Part shown: positions 40,505-54,976 of the stretch, piece after piece | Layout of the letters: each line of letters opens with the position of its first letter | Position numbering within the stretch: position 1 is the first letter of the stretch | Origin: Octopus vulgaris | Taxonomy: Eukaryota | Reading direction: 5' to 3' | Assembly (NCBI GenBank): GCA_951406725.2 | Contig: OX597821.1 | Coordinates: 33,790,001 to 33,854,000, forward strand | Length of the DNA: 64,000 nucleotides | Notes under the pieces: generated by a model | The model's input: only the letters and a program-made list of their open reading frames with translations | The model's database searches: none | What the model was told of the DNA's origin: nothing | Position numbers and translations under genes: made by a program

Positions 40505-40915
<411 letters not shown>

Positions 40916-42027
40916 AAATTATCATTATCATACACACATTTATATTCATATATACACACACACACACACACTTGCATGTGTGTGTGTGTGTATGTTTATA
41001 TATGAAATCACAAATTTAAAAACCATGAAAGACTCCTGAGAAAATAATTATTTAAGTAGAGTTATTATCAAAGAAATCATTATTACCTGTTTTAAGTATT
41101 TATTAATTTATTTATGTTACTACAAGTATTGATTATCAATTTTATTTGAAAACTTCAAATATGTTAAAAAATTTTTAATTTTAAGATTTACTAAATGGTT
41201 TTAAATGTATGGCTGTTACAGTGCTAATATATTGTATTTTATTTGTTTGTCAATATTAATATGGAGTGTATATTCTTGCAAGTTCTTTAATTAGCATAAT
41301 GTCTTCTAAAATTCATAGTATCTTTCGTACTATCTGATTGTAGTTGTGGTGGCAGTAGGAAGAAACACACATAAATGTTAACATAATGGCTTTTCTCATC
41401 AGTAAAAGGCTGCAGCTTTCCACCCCTCCTCCAACTCACTTTCCTCAATGGCAAAATCTGTGGTGAATTGATTCAGCAGAAGTTCACCATTACCTTCTGC
41501 TGGATCCGCATGGAGCTTAGGTGTTTCGCTCATAAACACGCACATCGTCCGGTCTGAGATTCGAACCCATGATCCCTCGACCGCGAGTCCACTGCTCTAA
41601 CCACTAGGCCATGTGCCTCCACGATGAGCCTTATGAAGGAGATGTCAGAGAATTGAAATATGTGGCACTTTGTTGTACTGAAGAGAACCTACCCACCACA
41701 ACAGAATTCAGATCCTAAAACCAAGGTGGCATGTAAAAAGCATTGGTGTAGGTACTGGTGCCATGTAAAAAGCACTGGTGCTCTTGCCATATAAAAATCA
41801 CCGGTGATGGTGCTACATGAAAAGCATCTAGTACGTTCTGGAAAGTGGTTGGCATTGGGAAGGGCATCCAGCTGTAGAAACCCGGCCAAAACGGACGATG
41901 GAACCTGGTGTAGCCCCAGGCCTTGCCAGTTCCTGTCAAGCCATCCAACTTATGCCAGCATAGAGAAAGGACATTAAATGTAGAGGATGATGAGGTTGAT
42001 GATGATGATGACAATGATAATGATGAT

Positions 42028-42450
42028 CATCATCATCATTTAACGTCCGCTTTCCATGCTAGCATGGGTTGGACGATTTGATTGAGTTTCTACAGCTGGA
42101 TGCCCTTCCTAATGCCAACCACTTCGAGAGTGTAGTGCGTGCTTTTATGTGCCACCGGCACGAAGGCTAGTTTGGTGGTACTGGCAACGTCCGAATATCC
42201 AAATGGTGCTTTTTATGTGCCACCTGCACAGGAGCCAGTCCAGCGGCACTGGCGACATCCCCGCTTGAATATTTCACGTGCCACCAGCACAAGTGCTAGT
42301 AAGGCGACGCGGTAACAATCATGCTCGAATGGTGTGCTTAATGTGCTACCGGCACAAAGGCCAGTTTGTTGCTCTGACAACAATCTCATTCGTATGGTAC
42401 TCTTAGCACTCCACTAGCAACAGATGCCAGTCACCGAGTTAGATTTCGAC
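42028..42450 (-). mobile_element. 5'-truncated RTE LINE 3' end
   Basis: CATCATCATTTAACGTCCGCTTTCCATGCTAGC and repeated GTGCCACC motifs. Confidence 0.8.
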
Positions 42451-43140
42451 TTCGATGAGGTTGATAAAGAAAGTACCGATCCATGGCATAATTGTAAGAA
42501 CATCAGAGCTATGGCATTTTGGTATTTTGTTCTGGCTTTTTGCATTTGTACTGCCTGACTAAAAGATTAATAAGAAATGGTCAAGCTTCTTATCAAAGTA
42601 ATATCATCAGTTGCAGTGAGCCGGTAGAGATGTGAGGGCATTGGTCAAAATGCTTAACAACATTTCTTGTGGCTCTTTACAGACTAAGCTCAAATCTTGT
42701 CGAGGTCAACTTTGCCTTTCACCCTTTTGGGGGTCAATGAATTAAAGTACCAGTCAAGTAATTGGGTGTGGGAAGGGATCGTTGTAGTCAACTTTCTCAA
42801 TCCCCTCAAAATTGCTAGCTTTGTGCTAAAATTAGAAAGACAAAAAAAAAATTATTGGTTTCAAAGTTTGGCACAAGGCCAGCAGTTTTGGTAGAGGGCT
42901 AAGTCGGTTACATTGACCCCACCCCCATTACTCAACTGGTACGTATTTTATCAACCCTGAAAGGATGAAAGGATCCTGGCAGAATGTGAAGACAAATGAA
43001 ATGCTTCTAAGTATTTTGCCTAGCATGCTAATGATTCTACCAGTTCATCACCTTAACCCATATTAAGTTCCGTTTGGTTTATTTACTGCAGTAAAAGTTA
43101 ACTGAGCGTAAAATAGTGCATGTTGTATTTGTTTGACCAT

Positions 43141-43629
43141 TTCGATGACTGGCATCTGTGCTAGTGGGGTGCAAAGAGCACCATATGAGTGTGATCATTG
43201 ACAGAGCGGCTATTCGAGCATGATCGTTACCAGCGTCACCTTACTGGCACTTATGCCTGAGCTAGCAGGGTGCCAAGAACACCATCCGAGTGTGATCGTT
43301 GCCAGAGCAGCCAACTGGCTTCCGTACCCATGGCACATAAAAGGGCACCATTAGAGCGTGATCGTTACCAACGTCGCTTCACTGGCTCATGTAAAAAGAT
43401 TCGAGTGAGGTCATTGCCTGTACCGCCTGACTGGCCCCCATGCAGGTGGCACGTAAAACGCACCCACTACACTCTCGGAGTGGTTGGTGTTAGGAAGGGC
43501 ATCAAGCTGTAGAAACTCTGTCAGATCAAGACTGGAGCCTGGTGCAGCCATCTGGTTGCCAGCCCTCAGTCAAAATCGTCCAACCCATGCTAGCATGGAA
43601 AACGGACGTTAAAAGATGACGATGATGAT
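43141..43629 (+). mobile_element. 5'-truncated RTE LINE 3' end
   Basis: Reverse-complement homologue of 478-890, ending GGACGTTAAAAGATGACGATGATGAT. Confidence 0.82.
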
Positions 43630-44076
43630 TCTATTTGGTTTATTTACTGTAATAAAGGTTAACTGGACTCTTCCGTAGGTTTGTTATCCCTATCTATATA
43701 ACTATCTTCAAAATTTCAACAAGGTTAACCTGAGTTAAAATGGGTTAAGGCATGAAAAAATATTGGTTTAAAATTTTGATACAAGGCCAACAAGTTTGCG
43801 GGGAGGGTTAGTGAATTACATTGCCCCCAGTGCTCAACTTGTACTTATTTTATCGATCTTGGAGGGATAAAAGGTAAAGTTGACCCTGGCAGAATTTGAA
43901 CTCAGAATGTGAAGACGAACAAAATTCCACGAAGCATTTTGCTCAGCATGCTAATGATTCTGACATTAACTTTTTTAAAGGCCATGGATATAGGCTGTTA
44001 TTGTTGTTGCTACTGTTATTTAATCATGATTGGTCAAATGATCAAGGATGTTCCATCAACCACATGTCTAGTGCTA

Positions 44077-44395
44077 GGTGGAGGCACATGGCCTAGTGGT
44101 TAGAGCAGCGGACTCGTGGTCGAGGGATCGTGGGTTCAAATCTCAGACCGGACGATGTGTGTGTTTATGAGCGAAACACCTAAGCTCCACGCGGCTCCAG
44201 CAGAAGGTAATGGCGAACCTTCTGCTGACTCTTTCACCACAACTTTCTCTCACTCTTTCCTCCTGCATCTTGCAGCTCACTTGTGGTGGACCGGCATCCC
44301 GTCCAGGTGGGGAACCTATACGCCAAGAAACCAGGAAACTGGCCCTTATGAGCCAAGTATAGCTCGAGAAAGAACAAAAAAAAAAAAGAAAAACA
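44077..44395 (+). mobile_element. tRNA-derived SINE family C with A-rich tail and 13-bp TSD
   Basis: TGGCCTAGTGGTTAGAGC (A box), GGTTCAAATC (B box); TSD ATGTCTAGTGCTA at 44064-44076 and 44396-44408. A second partial copy lies at 41470-41622 (-). Confidence 0.9.
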
Positions 44396-44974
44396 ATGTC
44401 TAGTGCTACATTTTCCAATATAACCTTCGACTTTCAAGATAGTATGTTAGGAGTTGATGTACATTTGACTGGTATTTTTACCAGATTGCATAACTATGTA
44501 GACTAGTTATGGACAAGCTGCAGCCCAGGGCACATTCTGGATGGCACCCTTTAATTTTACTAGTGAGGCCCACTTGATGATGAGCCGTGTTTCATATGGC
44601 CCACTTTTCGGCAATTTTGTCCATGCCCTATCTAGATACTACCTCATTGATTCATATGTGTAGTGATCATGTGCTCAGGTGTAGCTAGAAATTGATATTG
44701 ATCAGCCCCAAATCAGTTTGGAATGAGCAGACTGATGTGACTAAATGTGTCAAGTTGGGACCATCTCATATTTCAATCAAAGTTCCTCTGGGACTTCATT
44801 GTCCAATGGGCCTTTCTTTTCTTTTAAAATAATAGTACAATGTGATTTGAATGGGGTTTGGCTACTGTTTCTGCAAGCTCAAGTGACTTGCAGAAGTTTT
44901 CTCCTTGACTTGGCTGAGCAAGCAGTTTGATGTCCATGAGTTCAGAATAGACTTAAATAGGTGTGCCTTTATCA

Positions 44975-45320
44975 CCATCACCACCACCACTGCCGTCACC
45001 ACCACCACCACCACCACCACTGCCGCCACCACCACTACCACTGCTGCCACCACCACCACTGCCGCCACCACCACCACTGCCGCCACCACCACTACAACCA
45101 AGCTGCTGCTACTGCTGTTGTTGCTACTGCCATCACTGCTGCTGTGACCACTGCCACTGCTACCATGACTGCTGCCACCACCACCACAACCACCACCACT
45201 ACCACCCACCAACAACAACAACACCACCACCACAAACACCTACCAACTACAACAGCAGCAGCAACACTACCATTACAAACACCACCACCAACAACAACAG
45301 CAGTAACAAATTCACCACCA
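44975..45320. repeat. (ACC)n/(CTG)n/(AAC)n trinucleotide microsatellite
   Basis: Seen directly in the sequence. Confidence 0.9.
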
Positions 45321-45584
45321 TTAGTAGTATTCGAATTCTATTTGCGATTTTTCTCCATCTTTTCTTTTTTATTTTCTTTGTTTTTATCAATGATTTTTCT
45401 TTCTTTTTTAGGTTTGTATTTGACGTCTCATCTTTACACATGTGAGTTCATTCAAAAAAAAAAAAAGAAGAAAAACGAAAAAAGAAATTTAAAAGCTACA
45501 GGAAAGCAAGAAGAAAAGAACCCAAAGCTCTACCTGAATCTGATTTTGGAATTCATTTTTTTTAAGGCCCAAAACAAGCGAGAG

Positions 45585-45824
45585 ATGGCTGGTGTCCATC
45601 CAAAAGTACGGATCAACCAAGCAAGGGAAATGATGATCTTAAAACTGCAATTTGAACAGCTGCAGCGAGAGATTGCCATAGATCGACGTCCTCTGACCGA
45701 GACATTGGCGGAGATGGTGGCCTTTTGTCAGGAACAACACCACGATGATCCCATCTTGAATAGGGACGAACCGAAAAATATCTACCCTCCGCATAAAAGA
45801 CAACAGTTTTGTCCTTTGATTTGA
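45585..45824 (+). CDS. Heterotrimeric G-protein gamma subunit-like protein (GGL domain, CaaX), 79 aa, single coding exon
   Basis: MAGVHPKVRINQAREMMILKLQFEQLQREIAIDRRPLTETLAEMVAFCQEQHHDDPILNRDEPKNIYPPHKRQQFCPLI. It has the G-gamma pattern QL..E...R......L...(Y/F)C......DP(L/I)......N, a C-terminal CaaX (CPLI), Kozak-like GAGATGG, and a T-rich AG acceptor 18 nt upstream. Confidence 0.8.
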   Translation: MAGVHPKVRINQAREMMILKLQFEQLQREIAIDRRPLTETLAEMVAFCQEQHHDDPILNRDEPKNIYPPHKRQQFCPLI

Positions 45825-47869
45825 AATGTCTTTCTCCTTTTTGTCTTAAACCATTTGTCTTTTACTTGTTATCGAATTGTAGCCATGCTGGAGCACTGGG
45901 TTCAGCTGGATCAAATTGATCCCCGTACTTATAATGTTTTCTTTATTTGAAGTCTGGTGTTACTTATTCTATCAGTCGCTTTTGCTGAACTGCTAAGTGA
46001 ACCAACACTGGCTGTCAGACGATGGTCTTGGGAGGACAAATATAACCACAAAGATACCCACACATTTACATATATAGACACACACACACACACACACAGA
46101 AATGTATATAATGGGCTCCCACGAAGTTTCCAGCTATCAAATTTGCTCTCAAAGCATTGGTCTGCTCAAGATGTCACACAATTGGACTGAACCTATGTAA
46201 ACAAAAAGTCTTTGTATGTTATTAGTGAGAACATGTCTACTCACAGCCTCACTAGACATGTTCACTCAGCTGTGTCAGCCAAAAAATATAGCAAGGCCAG
46301 TCACATGACCATCCTCTTTCTTGCTTAACAGACTAAATTTAGACAGCCTTGGTCACTAGACATGTTCACTGAACTGTGGCAGATTTAACATACTGTGCCA
46401 AATGTGTTGTCATATGAAGTAGGTAGTGGGAGCTTAAGTTTTCTAAACCTAATCACATGGTCATCTTCAGCCAATCTAATCATATCCAAAACCAATACTA
46501 ATTTGAAGCATGTCTCTATAAAAACAAGACAATTTTTGAATTCCAGTCAGAAGCAAAAGAGTTGCAGCATAGCTCCATGTTTTTCTATCTTGACTTTGGA
46601 AAATCAGAGAAATATGTGAAACAGTTTAAATCTTTGAAAATTTAAAAATAAAAAATTTAAATGAATCCAAGTGCATTTTCAACTTCTTTTTTCTATATTT
46701 CTACCTGTATGGAATAAAAATAACTTCGTTTTCTACATAAATGTGTGTGTGTACATACTTAGTGGGTTGTTTGTTATGGCTGGTCAGAGAATGATCATTG
46801 GTGTCACACCTATAAAGCACTTAGCTGTATAGATAACTTATGAGACTCAAACGGGCTATATAGCTAGACGTGCGTGTGTATGTGTGTGAGTGTGTGTGTG
46901 CATATTTATATTTATACACACATATATGTATATGTGTGTTTGTGTGTGCCCTTTCCTAGACATCATGTGATGGTTGTAAATGACCATCGTCTGGAGGCCA
47001 TGGTTGAAGTCAATGGTGATTTTATTGAATAAATTTATTCTCTAGTATTTCAAAATATTTTATGTAAATTTGGTAAATATACATCTGCTAAAATGAGATG
47101 CCAGTGTTATTTTCATTTTTGCGTTATTTAGATGACAATTTATTCATTGCACCCTGTATATTGATTTATACATACATACATACACACATGTGTGTGTGTG
47201 GTGCAAATATTGATTAGAATATGTATCAAAATGTTTTAAAAGCAAAAATAGTTAACTGTAACATAAAAATTCTGTATGGAAATGATGTGAATTTTCAAAA
47301 CAAAAAAAAAAAGCTTTTCTCATACTTAGTTAATCAGTTTATATCATAAAATATCCATAGAATAATATAAGATAATATTTAAAAGGATTTATTTGAACAA
47401 TAATTGTATACATGTTTCAATAATGCATTTATTTAATAAATAGCCTTTATTTCATTAGCAATAATGATTATTTTAATTTCTTTGTTATGTACTTATTAAA
47501 ACTCTTTGGAAACACTTTTGACACTCACCTTCCTTAAATCTCCTCTGATTATAATGAAACAAAAATTTGCAGTTTTAAAGTATTCATATCTAAATTAAAA
47601 ACCTTCTATCATAATTTTATGTAAAAAGCCTTTTGTTCAATGATGCTCTAAATAGCAGATTTATGAAGACAAAATCAGTTACATTGTTAAATTCTAATAA
47701 ATTCTTGATTATTTTCAAATTTAATTGCAAGACACAGGCATTGTATTTCATGAGGAATACAGTCACCATGGAAGTATTAAATGGTGGAGTTCTGGTTTAA
47801 GCACCCCATATAACCCCCTCATAACTTTTTTTTATTTTTTGGAATTTTTGGAAAATTCTTGCAAATTTG

Positions 47870-49010
47870 TGTTAAAAACCAAAGTCTTAGAAAGTAGGAA
47901 GGCAGACAAATCACAAATCCCTTCAGGTACATGACTCTGCTCAATCTGTAGAAAAAGTGTAGATAGAAACTCCATAAGATGGTTAAGTGGGAGGATAGTT
48001 TTTGTGTGTGGAAGATGCACAGGTGTAATAAACACCGAAGATGTACAGAAAACAGATTCCATCACCTGCCAGGAGGAAAAACTAGAAGTAGTTGATAGCT
48101 TCCATTACTTAGGTGAGCAAGTCTGAGAGCATAGCTGCTAGAATAAGAATGGCCTGGGCAAAGTTCAGAGAGCTCCTACCTCTGCTGATAACAAGGGGCC
48201 TCTCACTCAGAGTGAAAGATAGACTGTATGATGCCTGTGTGCGAACAGTCATGCTACATAGCAGTGAAACATGGGCTGTGACTGCTGAGGACGTGTGTAG
48301 GCTTGAAAGAAATGAAGCTAGTATGTTCCACTAGATGTGTAATGTCAGAGTACAAACATGACAGAGTGTAAGCGCCCTGAGAGAAAAGTTGGACATAAGA
48401 AGCATCAGTTGTGGTGTGAAAGAGAGATGACAGCACTGGTATGGTCATATGATGCATATGGATGAGGACAGCTGTATGAAGAAGTGTCAGATCCTAACTG
48501 TGGAGGGAACCTATGCAAGAGGGAGACCCAGGAAAACATGGGATGAGTTGGTGAAGTACAACCTTCGAATGTTGCTTTCCACAGAGGCAATGACAAGCAA
48601 CCAAGACCTTGAGAGATATGCCATGCTTCAGAGGACCCAGAAAGCCAAGTGAGATCGTAGTCGTTGCCTATGTCAGGCCTGTTTAAAAGCACCCTTCAAT
48701 AGCTGGCACCTGTGCTGGTGGCACGTAAAATGCACCATTTGAGCGTAATTGATGCCAGTACCGCCTGTGGCACATAAAAAGTACCATTCAAGTGTGGCTG
48801 ATACCAGTGCTGCCTGACTGGCTTCCGTGCTGGTGGCATGTAAAAGCACCAACTACACTCTTTGAGTGGTTGGCATTAGGAAGGGCATCCAGCTGTAGAA
48901 ACCTTGCCAAATCTGACTGGAGCCTGGTGCAGCTTCCTGGCTTGTCAGTTTTCAGTCAAACCGTCCAACCCATACCAACATGGAAAGCAGACATTAAATG
49001 ATGATGATGA
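47870..49010 (+). mobile_element. 5'-truncated decayed RTE LINE (PHD region to 3' tail)
   Basis: ARIRMAWAKFRELLPLL...LYDACVRTVMLH and RGRPRKTW, homologous to 36579-37430; GAT tail. Confidence 0.9.
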
Positions 49011-49792
49011 CACAGTAATTCATAAATCCCCATAAATTCTAAAACACTCCAGTCATTTTCAAATTTTATTTTAAAATTAGAATTTAAAATATGGATAGCC
49101 TGAATTCTTTTGCTTAAATCTCAGCAATGGACCACCCTTGAGTGTATCATCATTCCACTTAATGTCTTTTCTAGGGAGAGAAATATTGAAAAACATCAAT
49201 AAATTTCAGAGTGACAATGAAATGAGGAAGGTATCAGGTGGTTGGAAGTTGTGCTAAAAACAACAGCTAAATCGCCCTTAAATCACACACACAAAATTAT
49301 CTTTTTTTGAGCTTAAACCAGAATTCAAACCATTATTCTATGTAAGCAATGTCAAAGATTAGAAAGTTCCAAAAAACATGGCCTGGTTGTGTTGTTGAGA
49401 AGTTTGCCTTCATATATCTGTAAAAGAAACACACTCTGAAGCATTAAAGCAGTAATAATTTTTTCAGGTAGTTAAAAGTTATGGTTGGTCATAGAGCGAC
49501 CATTGGTTTCACACCTATAAAGTGCCTAATAGTATGGGCGACTCGTGAAACTCAAATGGCTGATGAATTCCTCATCTGTAGAATAGTCCCACCAGGGGAT
49601 AGCCCTGTCACGCCCACAGCATAAGCAATTATTTTTTGCTTACAAAACCAACTGACTGCTATGTATTTCTTCCTCCAGTTGTAGAAAGGTTAGGTGCCTT
49701 CAGCCATTTAAGTCTAATGAGCCGCCTGTACTGCCAAATGTCTTATAGATGTGAAACCATTGATCACTGTATGTCACTCTATGACTGGCCAA

Positions 49793-50005
49793 AGGCGGCG
49801 AGCTGGCAGAAGCGTTAGCACGCCGGGTGAAATGCTTAGTGGTATTTTGTCTGCCTTTACATTCTAAGTTCAAATTCCGTCGAGGTGGACTTCGCCTTTT
49901 ATCCTTTTGGGGGTTGATAAATTAAGTACAAGTTGTGTACTGGGGTTGATCTAATCGACTGGCCCCTTCCCCAAAAATTTTGGGCCTTGTGCCTAGAGTA
50001 GAAAA
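49793..50005 (+). mobile_element. SINE family B variant
   Basis: GGCGGCGAGCTGGCAGAAGCGTTAGC head and central domain. Confidence 0.8.
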
Positions 50006-50122
50006 GACTCTATGACTGGCCATAACTTTTAACTACCTATACATAGGCGTAAGAGTGGCTGTGTGATAAGTAGCTTGCTTACCAACCACATGATTCCGGT
50101 ATTCATGGTATCTCGGGCCTCT

Positions 50123-53100
50123 TCTACTAACAATTTACGCAGGCGCTTCAACGTGGGTTCTTATATAAGAGCAGCCTTTTTCGAAATGAGTGAAATGTGT
50201 GTTATAAACGATATTTTGAGAAATAGTTTTTCGAAAAGAGACTTTGATGGAAAATAATTAATTATAAATGGTGGGAGACCAACACCGAATTTACCTAATT
50301 TGCGAAGCTACAAGAAATTCACGAGACAGTTTCAGGTTGATTTGTATGAAAAGAAAAAGTGGTTAACTGGGAGTGCTACCCTTATTAAATTATTCTGTTG
50401 GCCTTGTTTACTTTTTGGCTTAGAAAAGAATGTTTGGAATGATAAAGGCTATGATGATTTAAATAATTTACATATGGCTATGCTAAAGTACGAGCCTTCT
50501 CAAAGGCATATAAAATCTTTGATAGATCTTAAAATATTCGGGAATGTTCGTATAGACTTACAATTAGATGCATGTAAAAAATCAAAGCATACAACATCAT
50601 AATGAGAAAGTTAGACGAAACAGATCCATTCTTTTTTTAGGCCTCCAGGAATTATTGTTTCGGGGTCATTTTGAATCTGAAGGCTCTAATAATCGTGGAA
50701 ATTATAAAGAACTCGTATATTTAATCAGTAAATATGACAAAAGAATGGAAAGACATCTAGATACAGCTTCTATCTTCACCGGTCTGTCAAAAAGAATTCA
50801 AAATGACTTGATCGAAGCAATTCATAAAGTTATGTTGAATGAGATGCAAAAGGAAATCGAGCAAGCTAAGTTTGTTTCTCTTCTTGTTGATGAGACATCT
50901 GATGTCTCAGCATCTTCACAACTGTCAACAGTTTTACGTTATATTACAGAAGACTGTGTGGTGAAAGAACGATTTATTGGTTTTAGTGATGTTAGTGCAG
51001 ATCGATCTGCAAATGCTTTAATCTGAACATGTTTTTAAATGCATTGAGATGTGGGAATGTGGAAACAAATTGATTGCACAGACCTATGATGGTGCTGCTA
51101 CAATGGCAGGACAATTAAATGGGTTACAGAAATATGAATGTGCGATCTTTATTCATTGTTGTGTCCATATCCTAAATTTCGTTTTTTCATAATCATGCTC
51201 TGCTATGAAAGAATGCAAGATATTTTTTTCTACAATAAACGGACTCGGTACATTTTTTTACGAAATCACCGAAAAGGGCTAATGCATTAGATAACATTGT
51301 TAAAAAAAGATTTCCGAAAGCAACAGCAACTAGATGAAATTACTCCTCACGTTTTATTATTACCACAAAGGAAAATTATAATTTCATAATCAGCCTTTTT
51401 GAACACATCATTGAAAATCCTGAAACATGGGATGATGCCACCATAAATTTAGCAATTGAATTCTTACATACTTTAAAAGCTCCTGATTTCTTATTTTTGT
51501 TAGAAGTATTCAGTGACATTTTTTCTTTTACTGACGTCTTATTTAACATACTCCAGAGTAAAAGTCATGACATAGTGTATTGTAAAGAGCAAATAGATAA
51601 AACTAGAACTGTACTCAAAAGCAAACTCGATAATTTTTCAATCTTTTATATGTTAGGGGAAAAATATGGATTCGATGCAGGAATCGGAATTCAGAGATCC
51701 AAGAATATATCTATTGATCCCTAACGACATTATAGAATGCTTTATAACAAAATCATCAGTACAATAGTTGACCAAATAAAAGCACGATATTCATCCTTAG
51801 AAGAGTTTAAATTCATGGAACTTCTGAATTTCAACAAAGTTGATGAGTATTGCAAACAATTTCCTGTGGACTCTTTAGATTCTTTAAGAACAACTTATGG
51901 CAGATTTTTTTATGTAACACGATTACAAAGTGAGCTCAATGTGATGTATTCAATGAAAGATTTTAAAAAACCAAGTGTAAGTCATTTTAATGAGTTACAT
52001 TTATAGCAGTGATCTTGTTGAAGCTATGCCAGAACTCTTCAATATGTGCAAGTTGGTTTTGACAATTCCGTCTACCACTGCTTCTGTAGAGCGATCCTTT
52101 TCTGCATTAAGTAGAATTAAAACATACCAAAGAAATGCCACAGGAGAAAGAAGACTGTCTGGGTTAGCACTAATGTCAATTGAAAAAGATTTATTACAAC
52201 AATTGATGAAAAGAGAAGATTTCTATGAAAATGTGATAGATATATTTGCCCAGAAAGATCGAAGAATTGAATTAATTTATAAATGAGTTAAATAACATTT
52301 TTGAACATTAAAAAAATTAATATATTAAAGGGCATATATTATAGGTTTTGCTTAGTGTTTGTTATAACGTAAGGTTCGACCTTCTTACATCAGTATTGTT
52401 TCGCAGGGAAAATGTTTCGACTTCTTCGTCAAACCTAACCTACATAAATTTCCCTTTCTATACTGCCGGGTGTGGTCTATTTACGGCCGTAAAATATGTG
52501 TCTCGTTTCACTTTCAATAAGTGTCTTGTTTTAATCTCAGAGATGTTGACTTCTGCCACAACAGTTTTGGGAGATTTTTTACAGTGCTGAATTTTCGCTG
52601 TCTTTCATTGTGTGTGTATTCATGTATATGCGTGTATTTTCAATGTGTGTGCATGGGATGTAGTCTTTTTAATGTACGGAGTTCAGTAAGTCTCAGAACA
52701 GTCAATAATTTTCCCGGAATTGACAAGTAGCATGATAAAGCACCTGACTTGTCTTCGAGAGCGTAACAATTTAAAACCATGGCCATATAATGTAACTAAA
52801 TGTGTTCTTTTAATTAAATCATTTCAAATTGATACGGCTCAACCAATAGGTATAGGAGCTAATGCAGAATCGCACCTCTTTGAAAAACGAATTTTTGTGA
52901 AAAATTTTTTTCGGATTCCTACCTTTAACAGAGATTCTGAATATGCAAAAATATTAACAGAATCCAATTTCATCTTTATTACATTTCACTTATGATTTTT
53001 AGACTTTTTAAGAGGAGAATGAGGATGGGAAAGTACTGACGTTTCGAAGAGCAAAGAATAATACAAACAATAAACTTATTTCAGGCTCATCTCTACACAG

Positions 53101-53249
53101 CCATTTTTTATTGCCTGTTTATTCTAGGTGATACAGGGGTGATTGCATATTTAGAATTTCCTATATGTAAATCGTAGGAATACGAAAATTTTTTTTCGGA
53201 AAAATTACCGGGTGGGGTGGGGGCAATGAAAGTCACCACACGCCACTGA
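50123..53249 (+). mobile_element. Decayed hAT transposon (ZMYM1/DUF4371-type transposase with hATC dimerisation domain), 5'-truncated
   Basis: WLTGS..LFCWPCLLF, VDETSDVS..QLS, QTYDGAATMAG, TIPSTTASVERSFSALSRIKT..RLSGLALMSIE; multiple stops and frameshifts; 3' end CACGCCACTG (TIR CAGTGGCGTG). Confidence 0.92.
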
Positions 53250-53262
53250 TATATATATATAT

Positions 53263-53428
53263 AGGTGTAGGAGTGGCTGTGTGGTAAGTAGCTTGCTTAC
53301 CAACCACATAGTCCCAGGTTCAGTCCCATTGCGTGACACCTTGGGCAAGTGTCTTCTGCTATAGCCTCGGGCCGACCAAAGCCTTGTGAGTGGATTTGGT
53401 AGACGGAAACTGAAAGAAGCCCGTCGTA

Positions 53429-53471
<43 letters not shown>

Positions 53472-53687
53472 ATATATTTGTGTGTCTGTGTTTGTCCCCC
53501 TAGCATTGCTTGACGACCGATGCTGGTGTGTCTATGTCCCTGTTACTTAGTGGTTCAGCAAAAGAGACCGATAGAATAAGTACTGGGCTTACAAAAGAAT
53601 AAGTCCCAGGGTCGAGTTGCTCGATTAAAGGCGGTGCTCCAGCATGGCCGCAGTCAAATGACTGAAACAAGTAAAAGAGTAAAAGAG

Positions 53688-53690
<3 letters not shown>
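53263..53690 (+). mobile_element. SINE family A, full length
   Basis: Same structure as 33652-34075. Confidence 0.9.
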
Positions 53691-53724
<34 letters not shown>

Positions 53725-53974
53725 TCACATTATTAAAACAGTTTGATTTGGACTCTGTGCTAAGGAAGTGAGCTTGCAGAACTGTTGGCACACCAGGCAA
53801 AATACTTAGCAGCATTCTGTCCGTCTTTACATTCTGAGTTCAAATTCTGCTGGGGTTAACTTTGCTTTTCATCCTTTCAAGAGTGGTAAAACAAGCACTT
53901 ACAGAGCACTAGGGTTGATGCTATCAACTTACTCGCTCTCCACAAAATTGCTGGCTTTGTTCCAAAATTTTAAA

Positions 53975-54009
<35 letters not shown>

Positions 54010-54025
54010 ACATATACCTGTATCA

Positions 54026-54394
54026 TCTCTCTATATTTAAATGGCAAAATGTCTGTGTGTATGTCCTTTATACAAGTTAGAGGGCACTTTCTATGGTCCT
54101 TCAAAACCTTCAATGGTCCTTCTATGGTCCTTCTATGGTCCTTCAAAACCGTCCAAGGGTGGTCGTGCACATCTTTACATTTCCCCAGACACCCCGCAAA
54201 GTCATTAAAAAATCGATAGAAGTGACTTTTTTGTGAATTTTCTATCCAAGACCCAATCAAAATGCCCGAAACTTGATACGCCAATTGAATGCCAGCTAGC
54301 TGTATGTGATTGGTCAGAGATTTGGACAGTACTCACGTGTATGTGCGCAAGCACGCAGCTGCATATGCATGCACTGCCGGGTCATTAGTGCTAG
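54026..54394 (+). mobile_element. Non-autonomous Helitron
   Basis: A|TC 5' start, GCACT..AGTGC hairpin overlapping the CTAG|T 3' end, inserted between A and T with no TSD; second copy at 12295-12638. Confidence 0.8.
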
Positions 54395-54976
54395 TTGTAT
54401 ATAAAGTAACATTGCCTACAGGATTTGAACACTGTATCTGTTGTATACTGCATAGCTATTCTAATCACAACACCAAAGTGACATCACAGATTTGACCACC
54501 CACGATATATAATTTTACTGTTCTGTGTCAGAAAAAGATGTACACCACAGTGGAAAGAAATAGATAAACCACTGAGCAATTCAATGAAGACTACCTTATC
54601 GCTTTTATTCTGCCTCAGTTGCTTAAGCATTTCTTTGTCCCTGTTGTTGTTATAAACAGAGTAAACCAATTATTGGTTTGTTGGAAACCAATAGCAAATG
54701 ACGCTATTGTTTACAAAAACGCATGATACAAACAAAAATATGTAATTACTTGTGGCATTCAGATGGAATCATAACACAGCAAATAAATTGATGAAGCAAT
54801 AATTACAATACAACAATATTGTTGAACATGTTGCTACATTCAATACTCCTTTTATTGTAGCTACACCCCTAAATTAACATCATTATCATGGGCACACTAA
54901 GAAACCTCTATGTGGTCAATGACTCTACTAGAAATAGAAGTCAAATCTCCTACAAATCACACCTTATTATCTAAAA

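Noticed and set aside
44080-44155. tRNA gene candidates (also 41545-41622 and 57476-57548)
   Set aside because: The tRNA-like A/B boxes continue into SINE bodies or other repeat sequence, one with an A-rich tail and TSD; they are treated as SINE heads.
44961-45584. Poly-His/Thr N-terminal extension of the G-gamma ORF
   Set aside because: It derives from trinucleotide repeats and A/T runs and starts at a GTG. A splice acceptor and Kozak ATG lie directly before the GGL domain.
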